This document shows positions 34,141-46,123 of a DNA stretch of 64,000 bases, piece after piece. The notes beneath the pieces were generated by a model, which had not been told where the DNA came from, made no database searches, and saw nothing but the letters and a program-made list of their open reading frames with translations. The translations under genes and the position numbers were made by a program. The DNA is from Flectonema sp. DT1601 (lineage: Eukaryota), in the NCBI GenBank assembly GCA_964019425.1, contig OZ025798.1, forward strand, positions 496,001-560,000, given 5' to 3'. Position 1 is the stretch's first letter, and every line of letters starts with the position of its first letter.

Positions 34141-36296
34141 TTACAGTTCGGGAACAACGACGATGGTCAACACCTTGTCTTTGTACTGTTTGTTGTTTGT
34201 TTGTTTGCTTGTTTGTTTGATTTTTCCTTACACATATTCGTGTTGCTTATAATTAAATGATGAACGAGCGATATCGACTACCTCGGTTTAGTTGTCTGAA
34301 CTACATCTCGCAGTGCTGTTGCCCCACACATCCACAAAGAAGGATTGCGCGGGTTTGATCTGCAAGCTGACAAAGAGAAACACTCACCCCCTCCAACCAC
34401 CCCCTCAGTTCAGTTGTCTGAACTACATCTCGCAGTGCTGTTGCCCCACACATCCACAAGGAAGGATTGCGCGGGTTTGATCTGCAAGCTGACAAAGAGA
34501 AACACTCACCCCTTCCAACCACCCCCTCAGTTCAGTTGTCTGAACTACATCTCGCAGTGCTGTTGCCCCACACATCCACAAGGAAGGATTGCGCGGGTTT
34601 GATCTGCAAGCTGACAAAGAGAAACACTCACCCCCTCCAACCACCCCCTCAGTTCAGTTGTCTGAACTACATCTCGCAGTGCTGTTGCCCCACACATCCA
34701 CAAGGAAGGATTGCGCGGGTTTGATCTGCAAGCTGACAAAGAGAAACTCCTGACCCGAAAAGAAAGAATACATACCTGGGCTTGCAGATGATCAGGTGGT
34801 ACAGCACCTGGCAGTCTGAGAGATGTGGAGAATGATCCCCAACGACCTTCACTCAACTGAACGACTAAATCATTTATAGGACGAGATGGATCTAATGTGT
34901 GTTTTGATAGATATTCAGTGAAGTTTTCAACAACTCTATCTAATGCTGGAGGGTTTGGTAGAGCTGTACCAGAAACAGAGAGTACGTCTCCATGTATGTT
35001 TACTTTACATGTTGTAATATCAAGGTCTGGTATAAATGTTGAGACTATTAAATGATCTCCTCTATGTTTTGCTGAGAATTGTGGAGTTATCTGAATTGTT
35101 TCCCATGTCGACCTATCGCTGAATAGATTCCTCAACATCTTTGACATCTTTACTATCTTCTTACTGTCCTTTTGTTGTTGTTTAGCTTCGAGTTTAGATT
35201 GGTCTGCAGCTTCTTTGATGTTGGCTTTTTCTTCTTCCTGACGTTCGCGTTCGCCTTTGGTAGCGAATCGAAGAACCTCAATACGTCTATTCACCTCATC
35301 AACAGTGTGAAGTAACTTGTGAATGTCTTTAATGTGTTCTCTGGTTTCGTCAGAAGACTTCTTCGAAGCTGCAGATGTTTGCAGCTGTTGCTTAAGCGCC
35401 AACAGATCTTTCATTAAACCTGAAGAGCTGTCTTTGCAAGAAGCTTGAACAGAGTCTAGCTCTGCTTCGTAACTGTTTAAATCTTTTTTAACTTCTTCCC
35501 ATTTTACTTCTGTCGCTTGCATTAGAGATTCAACAGATCTTTTATGTGATGTCACATCAATAATAAATTCACTTTTAGGGTCTTCGACTTCTGGAATGTC
35601 AGACTCCCGCTGTACTTCAGGCTCTTGCTGTACTTCAGGCTCCTGCTGTACTTCAGGTTGCTGTACTTCAGGCTCTTGCTGTACTTCAGGCTCTTCATAT
35701 TTAGGAGAAACTTGCTCTTCGGTGGCTTCCGGTTGATCGGCTTCCTCTGGTTCGACTTCCGTTTCAGACGCTGACAGTTCCAAGACCCCTCTCGTTGCTT
35801 CAGTTAACTTCTCAATAACGGCTGCGTAATTACGAGTAGTTCGAGGTACCCTGGCTGCTATTGCTGTAATATCTCTGGCGATATGTTGTGCGTTTAAAAT
35901 GTGCATACGATCATCGACTATGTCTTCTGTCAAGTCATGGGCGTATCCGGTACTATCTGAAACAGTACTGTGAACAAGCTCACGGATGAACTTATCACGT
36001 TGGTCAACAGGATTGTAGTTTACTGATGATAAAAAGGCAGTGGAATCACCACCTCGTTGGATAAGGATTGGCTCACCATCTCTAGAAACGTGATCGAGGA
36101 TTGCTGCACTGTACTCTGCAGCTTCCCATAATTCAGAGTCAACGTCTTCAAGTTTAAATGCAGGTGTTGCCCATCCCTTTCTAAATCTGATATGATTCCA
36201 GTATCCTAAATAACTCTCTCGGATCAGACTTATAGCTTCTCTTGGTACCTTTCCTCCCTTTGCGCGAAGTTGCTGCTGAAGTCCCCTGCGAAACAT
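34141..36296 (-). CDS. Coiled-coil protein with a C-terminal Hsp20/alpha-crystallin domain; 2 exons (36296-34776, 34185-34141); snoRNA host gene
   Basis: IPDLDITTCKVNIHGDVLSVSG...WGSFSTSLRLP...LQAQ|YKDKVLTIVVVPEL*. Splicing intron 34186..34775 (GTATGT...AAACAG) completes the Hsp20 A-x-y-x-x-x-VLxI motif. MFRRGL start resembles a mitochondrial presequence; EPEVQQ repeats present. Confidence 0.78.
34303..34365 (-). ncRNA. Single-hairpin AGA-box H/ACA-like snoRNA, copy 4 in transcription order
   Basis: UGCAG-AUCAAA-CCCGCGCAAUCC-loop-GGAUGUGUGGG-GCAACAGCA-CUGCG-AGA-UGU. The pocket is complementary to LSU GUUGC[UU]UUUGAUC; 14 nt separate the upper-stem base from AGA. Confidence 0.8.
34425..34487 (-). 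ncRNA. AGA-box H/ACA-like snoRNA, copy 3
   Basis: Same fold and guide as 34303..34365; differs from it only in the apical loop. Confidence 0.8.
34547..34609 (-). ncRNA. AGA-box H/ACA-like snoRNA, copy 2
   Basis: Same fold and guide. Confidence 0.8.
34669..34731 (-). ncRNA. AGA-box H/ACA-like snoRNA, copy 1
   Basis: Same fold and guide. Confidence 0.8.
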
Positions 36297-36438
36297 TGAA
36301 TCACAAGTATAGTATACTTTAGAAATAATTAATTTTATATTTAAAAAAGAAACTCCCCATAGGTCCGTATGTTTTCTCTTTACTCAGGTAGGCTCGGTAG
36401 CCCCTTTTTTGGTAGCAAGCACGTTCATTAATTTCACT

Positions 36439-36476
<38 letters not shown>

Positions 36477-37371
36477 CCACGGTATTAATACTTTTATTTC
36501 AGGTAGTGTTTTTTTTTTTGTTTTTTGTTTTTTTTGTACCTTTTATATCTAAACTCATTGTTTGGTAGAAAGAGAATTGTGGGCAGCGTAACTTACCTTT
36601 TTATTAGGATTTTGTACCTTGGATGCGCACAAACAAAAACAAAATTGTGAGTAAAAAAAGTAAAAAGTGAAGTCGGCCGTTTCTTTATACGGCTTATCAT
36701 TAATATTATTACTTTTTTTTTTTTTTTTTTTTGTACCGAGAGTCTCGTTTTACCTTGTGAGTCACATGTGGATTTAGCGTTCACCACGACTTAGAGTTCC
36801 TAGTGATAAGGTAATGGAGAGAGGGTACTGCAGGTACGGTTATTTTTTAGTGTCAATGTTTGACCTGATTGCTCGACTATTGATCCCAACTCTCATGTGA
36901 GTCGGGTGAGGGGCAAAATACGCGTCGGTAGCCGATTTTTTTTTTTTTTTTTTTCCCCATATCAAGTAGCTCGTCACTATAAGCAAAAATATGTATATAA
37001 AAAAAATTAAAAATTGGATGGGGGAGAGAAAAGGGTTTAAAAAAAAAAAAACGGGCAATTAATAAATGGGAGCAGGCGTTAATTGAAAATTTCGCTGCTT
37101 ACCAGTAACTGGTTGTTTTTTTTTTTAGTTTTTATTTACGTGGTTCGCTCAGTATGTGGGTAATTATAATGACGCTTAGTGATGATTTCTTTTATATTTT
37201 CATTTTTTCTTCTTTTTTCTTTTTTTTTTTTTTTCCATTCGATTCGGTAGTGTGCTCACACCTTTTTTTTTTATTTTTTTTTTTTTTTTTTGTAAAAAAC
37301 CATTTTACGTTTTGATAGCCTAAATAAATGCTATATAAACAACTACGACCAAAGAGTGAAATCTTTTTTCA

Positions 37372-38936
37372 TCAATAGCCTCGTGGTTTCCTGCCATCTT
37401 TTGCAGAAGCACGAATCGCTCCCCTATTAGGTCCATTTCCCTTGCCGTTTCCTTTGCTTCCTTTCCCGCTGTCACGTCCGTGGCCATTCTGTGTTATTTT
37501 AGTTGGATACAGTATTTTAATCACTATTGACATATTTTATTTTTGGATCGTCGTCGTCGAAAGAAACGTGAAAAATAATTATCCATGAGAGTCTTCCCAT
37601 GCATCATAATTCCCCAGAAGACTTTAAGTAAATAAGCCAGAATGAAATCTTCAGCTAACCTGGGCAATGAATACTTATCAGCAAGACGGGGAGATAATTA
37701 GCAGGCTACATGGCTGATAAAAAGGTAATCTGTCCACTGCTGGTTTTGAAGGCAGGCTTGTCAAGACCGTCAGTAGTTAAAATATTTTTTCCAGGATTCA
37801 TATTTGCCAGTTATAAAGGTTAAGTTATAGGAATGACTAACAAGGTAAAAATTTTCACATGTCTTACGACGAAGATCAGATTGAGATAATGCTTCATTAA
37901 ATATTAATAAGCTGAGCATACCTCATAACGGCGACCTTTTCCATGACGATCATCATCCTCTTGAGGCTGAGCAGGTGCGACTTTTGCTGTTACTCTTTGA
38001 ACTGTACGTTTAGGTAAACTGTCATCAGCTTTAAGTCTTTCTTGTTGTTTTTGAATTTCACTTATTGCTTCTTTACGTTGGCAGACCTGAAGTGTGTTCC
38101 ATTCCTCCAGGTAGGCGAGGAGTTGCTTTCTTCGTCGGACAGCCTCAGCGTCTTTCTCGATGTCGGAAAGAGTTTCGGCACGTCTATCTATTGAGTTATC
38201 AAGTGAGTCGAGTTTTTCTTTGAGTCTTCTGTCACGTTCACGTTGTACTTCAGCTTCACCATGAGCACGTTTTTCCATTGCTTTTGTCATAGTAGTAGTT
38301 GGGTTGTGATTGTGGCTGTTACCGTGAGAAGCAGCGTTCCACGCATTGGTATTATTATCTTGTCTGCTCATCTTCACCTTCGTATCGTACGAATATGAGG
38401 TGGAGGGTAGTTGCTGAGTAAAGTCCATTTCTCCATCATCTTCCGCCCATTCAATTGCTGTTTTATTTTTGATAACATGATTCCAGTTACAATAGTATCC
38501 TTATAAAACAATAGTAACATACAGTCTGGGTGATTATCTAATATAGAAGATACAGTCATCTGAGATGTTGAAGGTTGCTGTGGTTGTTGTGCCTCAAGAG
38601 ATTGCTTTGCTTTAGCTTCTTTCTCAGCTCTATGTTCAGCAAGAGACTGAGTTGGTGGAGGTGGAGCAGGTGCGTCATTCCAACTTTTGTTCTGTGGGTT
38701 TGTTTGTTTGTTTGTTTCACTTATTTCATCAAAATTGTCGCACAAAAAAAAAAAAAAAAACATACCCACGCGCTTGCCGGTGGATTCCCAGCCGAAGGAA
38801 CATTGTTTGACTTTGTATTATCGTTGTTAAAGCTGTTTTGCTCGCCGCGGCCCCAAAGCCCCCCCCCGCCTAGACCCCCACCGGAGTCGGGTTTTTTTCT
38901 CGAAGAGTATCCTCCTCCCTTACTTCCATAACCCAT
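37372..38936 (-). CDS. Gly-rich/coiled-coil hypothetical protein; 4 exons (38936-38766, 38691-38523, 38457-37922, 37488-37372)
   Basis: ORFs 38721..38936, 38374..38769 and 37904..38428 join in frame through GTATG...CAG introns (SAW|NKSW; HPD-S|IEWAEDDGEMDF; RYE|NGHGRDSGKG...PRGY*). Confidence 0.75.
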
Positions 38937-39629
38937 TATATTATTATTTACTTTTAGAGTTGGTACCCTACCTTAGTATTTCAGAACTACCGTATCTGTG
39001 CCTGCTGCGATAATAGTTTTGGGCACTGAGTTGTGGAATAAATATATATAATTACATAGTATGAAACAAAGAAAATGCAGACAGCGGGTTCGTAGTCTTG
39101 CTGTGTGAAGAAATTAAATTATAGTTTTGTACAAACAGCTAACACACAGTCCGAAGGTTATGTGAAACTTGTTGTCGGGAGCAACCTGTTATTTTTTATG
39201 TATATCGAAGTATAGAACTTTTTGTCGCAAAAACTTCTCTTTTTTTTTTTCAAACCGCTCTTGTGGCACAGCAAGAAATCTTCACTCACCAACAACAGAA
39301 GTCTCATGCACTTAATTTTATTTTTTCTTTTTTTTTTTTTATACCTTTTATTTGCAAAAATAGACCTGCATACCCAGGGAGCGGGGAAACGAGCTTTTAA
39401 AAAAAAGAAAAAAGGTTATAGAGGAGATGGAAATAAAAATGTGAGAGGAGTATAAAAAAAATATATAAAATTAAAAAGATCCACCGAAGACTCGTTATTG
39501 GTTGCATTTTATTATTTTCTTTCTTTTTCCTTTTGATTTGCGTCTTTCTCTTAACTCTCTTTAGTCAGATCTGCTCAGGAATGGAACTGCCAAAGATTTC
39601 ACAAAAAAGTTAGTTAGTACATGAGATTA

Positions 39630-39667
<38 letters not shown>

Positions 39668-40636
39668 CAATTTGAGAAAAATAAGATAGTGAAAACATTC
39701 ACAATAGCTTAGTTAGTTTGTTAGCGAGTCTAATGAGCAATCTTCAGCACATGGCATCTACAACAACTATGTTAGAAGAGTGATTTACAGTAACTGACTA
39801 ACAAAATAATTTCAAAAACAACAACAAAAAAAAAAAAAAAAAAAAAGTTGAGATGACAGCACGGCAGCATAGTGCACGCGTTAAGAAGTTCACGTCTTTT
39901 TTTTTTTTTTTTTTTTCCTTCTTTTTTTCCCCTCTTTTTTTTTTTTTTTTCCTTTCTAATTTCATTCACCCACTACTCTGGACGATTGCAGTAAATAAAC
40001 TCAAGAGCTAAAACTAAAGCAGCAAATCAACACAACACAAACATTCAATAAGAAAAATTGATTTTTTTAAAATCAAAAATAAAAAAGTGATAAGGATACC
40101 ATTAAGAAATGAGAGAGGTCGCTATTAATTCTTCCTTGAAGCCGAACGCCCCAATCAGTTCTTGTCGAAAAGTAGAGATGGCGCTACAAGAAATAGCGAT
40201 GTATAACTCACTACTCAAAAAGTATTTCTTTACACAAATACATTAAAAATGTAGGTAAATCAGAACTCTTCCCCGAGGGCAAGAGATTCCTTTCGACTTT
40301 TACCATTTATTTTTAAATAATTTAAAACACTCACCAGGGGAGAGAGAGAAAATCAATTTTCTTTCTTTTTTTTCTTTTTTTTTTTCTACATTGGTTTGTT
40401 TGTATGTTATAAATATCCTTTCTACCAATACTTTGGCCAATCAATTTCGATTGCAAGAAAATTCGCCTCGCCTTCTTGACACACGTGTTAACACAAATGA
40501 AAGAAAAAACTACTATTTGATTTGGGAAGCAGGAAATATCCAATGGCTGGGCAGGAGGCGGAGGAAGCTTTTGGGAAAGCAAAGAAAGAAAAAAAAAAAC
40601 TCCAAAGACGATTAGAAAACATCATCATTATTCAGC

Positions 40637-42256
40637 TTATGGGTGGCAGTATGGTTGGTCGAGCTTGAACATAACGGTCTTGACCTGTTTTTTTTTTTTT
40701 TTTTTTTAAATACTCATTTTTGATGACGTTTGTAAAAAATAAAAGAAATCACCACATACCTCAGTGTACAGATCCATTACATATGGTCCGAGCTCTCTGC
40801 CAATACCGGACATCTTGAATCCTCCGAATGGCTGACCGACGTCGAAGGAGTTGTACGTGTTGATCCAAACAGTTCCAGCCTTGATGTCGTCAATGTAACG
40901 GAAGGCCTTTTGGATATCTCTGGTGAAGATACCAGCGGCAAGTCCGTAACAAGTGTCGTTAGCTCTCTTCAATACATCTCCAAAGTCATTGTATGTAAGA
41001 ATCGACATAACAGGTCCAAAGATCTCCTCCTTAGCGATGGTCATGTCATCTTCAACGTCAGTGAAGATAGTTGGCTGAATGAAGTAACCCTTGTCATTTC
41101 CTCTCTTTCCTCCCAAAATGCAGTTAGCACCTTCTTCCTTACCCTTCTTGATGTAACTGTAAACAATGTCGAACTGTTCCTTGCTGACCTGAGGACCCAT
41201 GCTTACGTCATCAAAAGGGTTTCCCTGAGTTCTCTTCTTAGTGGCGGAAACAAGCTTTCTAACGAATTCCTCGTAGACCTTTTCGTGAACGAAGATACGG
41301 GATGAGGCAGTGCAAACCTGACCCTGGTTGAAAAACACACCGACCTGGGCAGCGGCAACAGCGTTGTCAATATCAGCGTCCTCACAGATGATAAGTGGGG
41401 ACTTACCTCCAAGCTCTAGAGAAACGGACTTCAAGTTCGACTCAGCAGCAGCCTTCATAATCAAGTGACCGACAGCAGTGGAACCAGTGAATCCAATCTT
41501 ATCAACATCCATGTGCTTGGCTAATATTCCACCACAGGTTGGTCCGAATCCAGGCAAGATGCTTACGACACCAGGTGGAAATCCAGCGGCGACAATCAAC
41601 TCTCCGAGACGAAGGGCTGTAAGTGGAGTCTGCTCAGCAGGCTTCAAGATCACAGTGCATCCAGCAGCGAGTGCTGGAGCAAGCTTCCATGATGCCATCA
41701 GAAGAGGGAAGTTCCATGGGATGACAGCTGCGCACACACCCTTTGGTTCGTGCTTTGTGAACGACATAAATGGCCCGTCAATTGGACAGGTCTTTCCGTA
41801 GTTCTTGTCAGCGAAACCAGCGTAGTATCTGAAGCACTTGATAACGAGAGCGAGATCAACGTTCTTTGAGTCGTTCAAAGGTTTTCCGTTGTCTAGGGTC
41901 TCGAGGGTAGCGAGCTCTTCCTGGTTCTCTTCGATGAGGTCGGCAAGACGGAGGAGGAGATCTCTTCTTGCTGACGGGTCAGTCTTTCTCCAGGTCAGGA
42001 ACGCCTTTCTGGAGCTGGAAACAGCAATGTTGACATCCTTCTCTCTGGCCTCAGAGACTGATGTGATAACCTCACCAGTTGAAGGGTTAATAGTCTCAAA
42101 GCTTCCTCCCTCAACACCTTCAACCCACTTGTTGTTAATCAACAACTTGGTCTGGAAAGCTCTGTCATTCTTTGATGAATCGCGACCCTTCTTTGAAGAC
42201 AAACGAGGTCTCTTAATCTGATAGTCACACTGGTCGTCACTTGATTCGTAAGTCAT
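40637..42256 (-). CDS. ALDH: Aldehyde dehydrogenase (ALDH1/2 class); 2 exons (42256-40760, 40684-40637)
   Basis: IPWNFP, FTGSTAVG, LELGGKSP, FFNQGQVCTA, EEIFGPV, PFGGFKMSGIGRELG. Splicing gives LYTE|VKTVMFKLDQPYCHP*. Confidence 0.96.
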
Positions 42257-43281
42257 TTTGTTTGTAATTGTTGTAAGATCTGTATGAGAATGATAATTAG
42301 TTTTCGTGAAATTAATTTAAAAATAATAATACTCTCCTTTACTCTGTGTTATTATCTGTTTATATAGAATAATACAAACAACAGTATACAAAAATGTATC
42401 AATGACTGTTAATCCAACAGAATAACATACGAGGGGGAGGAATTACGCACACGCGTTTCGGATATTCGTTTTGTTTTTTTTTATTTTGTTTTTTTTTTTC
42501 TTCTTTTGTTTTTTCCTCCAACCTTCCCTCGCCGCTTTTGAATAGCGAAGTTACGTCTACAACCACTCTGAAGAGAGCTGTGACCAGAATGTGTCCGTGG
42601 AGGGATTGAAAGGGAAAAAAAAAAAAAAGAAGAAAAATAAAATAAAAGCAATAACCGGACCTTAACAACTCCCTGTCGACAATCGACAGAAGAAAAAAAA
42701 CAGAAAAAAAATTAAAAACTGGCGATTTAAAAAACGGGTTAAACAGCTGCCCCGAGATGTATTTTCTCACTTAGTCTAAGAAATAATTCTAACAGTTGTA
42801 AGAAACCGTACCACTACTAATCGCGTTGAGTATTGTTTTTTTTTCCTCAGAGAAATACTAAAACAGTATTTCAAAAAACAAAACAAAAACAAAAAGAATC
42901 GAACGTGCGCCATTGACCAACCCAACAATGTTGAGGACGCGCAAGAGTTCGATACTTTTGTCTTTTTTTTTTTTTTTTCCCACCTTTTTTTGTTTTATCA
43001 TCACCTCCCACAACTGCCTGTTGCGCGAAGCAATATTCAAGTTAAAAAATATCACAAACATGACTTGACATAACGACAAACAAACAATAAAGAGGCCCGA
43101 CTTGGAGTTATGCTTATAAGTCAGGCACATGATTGTACTGTCGAAAAGTCTTTCGGATTTATATAAAAAAAAAATAAAAAAACTGAAAAAGGGAACAAAA
43201 AAAAAATGGGGGGGAAAAGAACACGCGGCAGCACTAACAAATCAGCAGAGCAATCTCTTAGCACATAAGAATTCGACCACA

Positions 43282-43319
<38 letters not shown>

Positions 43320-43326
43320 TTTGTGC

Positions 43327-45568
43327 CTATTTAAGCAATTTCATTAAAGCATCGCGTACAATGGTGTACCCGTTAACCGTAAGAATCGATTCCGGATGGA
43401 ATTGGAACGAAATCCAGTGATCACCTTGAGTCGAGAGCATGTCCTCTCCATCAATAGCACAATCAACAATGCCAGACTTAGCGGCAATTTGTTCATTATA
43501 TTTTGCATAGAAAGCGTTATAAAATCCCACTAATTGCTGATCGCCATACAAGGAAACATCCTTTTGAACACCTTGAGTTGGAATGTCTTTGTGAATAATC
43601 TCAAACCCTAAATAATGAGATAAGACCTGATGACCAAGACAAACAGCTAAGAATGGTTTCTTTGTATCTAAAAGTGAAGTGACGTATGATCGAACCTTTC
43701 CCATTTTATTATCTGGTCGTGAAGTGTCAGTTGGGTCTCCAGGTCCTGGTCCTACTACACAACAATCAGCTTCTTCGATTGCCTGTTTTTTTTTTTTTTT
43801 TTTTTTTTTTTTCAAAGAGTTATGCTATATCCTAAAATACACCAAAGTGAAATGAGAGCTATGACGGGTTACCCACCTTTATGAAGCTGCACAACGAATA
43901 GATTGGACACTGAACAGGTGCGTTAGTATCTAGTCTAAATCAAAAGCGAGACTGAGCAGAGAGCTAAAAATAGGATTTCCAACGAGCCAAAGAACGGAAT
44001 TGATAAGATCTGCGGAGGGCGATAGTGACGCAATTGTGAGGCTGACGTCGAAGTGGCCGAGGGTGACAGTGTCGTGAACGAGGCTGAATGGAGTCTGCTA
44101 ATTCAGGGCAGATTCTAAAGTGAAATGATAAGTTACATACCTTTTGTGCGGCTTCAGATGACAGCTCAAAGAAGTTGAAAACGGTAACCTCACAACCCAT
44201 ACGCTCAAGTATGTGACGAAGCATAAAAATAAAATCATCTTCATTGTTTGACATAACAATCTTTTTACCTCTTAAATTCTGATCTGAACAATCTACCTGA
44301 TTATCCATCCAAAATCTTGAAGTGTTTTTATTACGACGTAGTAAGGCAGATTGGACTAGTTCATTCTCACTGCAGGATAGTGTAGTGTACGGCTTTGGTG
44401 TTTTTAATGCTGAAACAGCTCCACGAATCTTTGCATTACACTCCTCGTACTCTTCTGTAGGAATGCTGTCTTTAACTAAAGTGGCACCAACTCTAATAGA
44501 GAAATCACCAGTTGGTTTTATTTCTAATGTACGAATGGTGATACTGCTGTCTAAGAATTCATCTAGGCTGTCATTTGCGTCCCTTCCGATTAAAACTATT
44601 GCACTGCTGTAGTATGATCTACTACGTTGCTCATATTTTGCTACCACCTTACAAGCATTACCAACAGGGCTACCAATCACTGTAGGCGCGTACATAGATT
44701 TTCTTAAAAGTGAGATTATGTCTTCTCCTGGGCTGGGGGTTCCCTCTAAGAGGTACTCAGTGTGTACTAAATGAGCCATTTCTTTTAGTAGTGGACCGAT
44801 GATTCTTCCTCCTGCTCCGCACATGGTTGACATCATTTTCAATTCCTCATCTGTGACCATGAATAGTTCGTTGGTTTCTTTTTGATTTCCAAGGAATTTA
44901 ATTAGTTCCGTAGTATTTTGTTCTGCTGAAACCGAATGATCCTTTCTGAAGGTGCCAGATATTGGATTCATGAACGCTTTGTTGTTACGAACTTCCAAAT
45001 GACGTTCAGGGGAAGCTCCGATAAAGTACTGCGTTCCATCAAAAAATAAAAATTTCCAATAGCAGCCGTATTCGTGTAAGATCAGTCTGTTAAAGATTGA
45101 TAGCGCAGACGTGTCTGAAAAAGCTGTTATCTTACCCATGCACTTTCGGGGGGTGACGAATGAAGAGCCCTCACCATTACTAATCTCATCTTCAATAATT
45201 CGTCGGATAATTTCACAGTACTCTTCTTTGGTTCGATCGTATTCCATTTCCCCATCCATTTGGACGTCTTCAGGAGTGAATTTAGTACGAAATTCATCTT
45301 CTGTAATAATTTTTTGCTCTTTGATCTTCATCGTTATAATTTTTTCACCTTCGTTTACCGTCTCGTAAAGATTAGATCCCTTGCTGCACCGTTCCTTAAT
45401 GGTTGAGAACGGCAACATACTAACTGTGTCGTATGTTAGACTACTAGCCGCATCTGACACTCTCGGAATATCAGCCATTTTATCACAATGGATTATCTCA
45501 CCAGTCAGTTGAAGAAGAGTCTTGTCACGAGTACCGTCCTCACTCTGAATGAATACGTATGGCTGCAT
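43327..45568 (-). CDS. phzE: PhzE-type fused chorismate aminase (TrpE-like MST domain plus TrpG glutamine amidotransferase); 2 exons (45568-44141, 43782-43327)
   Basis: FIGASPERH, MNPISGTFR, ELFMVTDEELKMM, GPLLKEMAHLVHTEY, APTVIGSP, LDSSITIRT, VGATLVKDS. GATase: GPGPGDP, AVCLGHQ, FQFHPES. Intron 43783..44140 joins AQK|AIEEAD in frame. Confidence 0.85.
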
Positions 45569-46123
45569 TTTGTTTTGTCTTTTTTTTTTTTTTTTTTTTT
45601 TTTTTTCTTCTCTTATAGGATCTGAAAAGGAAAAAAAAAATGATATAACTTTCAACCAATCAGAAAAAAAAATGGATAACAGAGTGCTACCGTTGCAGTA
45701 CATTTTCGGCGAAGACGGACCACCGCAGTACTGTCAGAGAAGTTCAAAAAAAAAGAAAAAATTTACTAACATTTAGAAAGACAAAGATATAAAAGACTAA
45801 CACAAAAAGGGAGGTTTGCGGGATCTTTTGGGAAAATTGAGAAAAGGCAACAAAAACAAAAAAAAAAACAAAAAAAAAAAAACAATACAGAAAAAGAACA
45901 AGCTCATTTCCTTTTAAGCAAACGTTTAGTAACGTACAGCAGCAAGGAAGTCTCTATTTTAAATTTAAAAAAAAAAAAAAAATAGGAGAAAGAAAAAAAA
46001 AGAAGGGAAAAAAAAAAAACATAACATAAGTACAAATAAACATAAGGTTAAAGTCACAGTTGAGGTTAATACCACCCTTATGAGTAAACATAAAGCATCT
46101 CAAACACAACAATAGAAGAAGCT

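Larger units (their letters stand above)
34281..34746. repeat. Intronic 122-bp tandem array, about 3.8 units (snoRNA array)
   Basis: gttgtctgaactacatctcgcag recurs at 34291, 34413, 34535 and 34657; the units are near-identical. Confidence 0.95.

Noticed and set aside
34281..34746. CRISPR array, or coding repeats (ORFs 34292..34724 on both strands and the tail of ORF 34545..36296)
   Set aside because: The units are identical along their whole length with no unique spacers and no cas genes. The array lies in an intron and the ORFs are by-products of the repeat.
43960..44100. GC-richer stretch within the PhzE intron as an ncRNA or element
   Set aside because: No convincing boxes, fold, repeats or homology seen.
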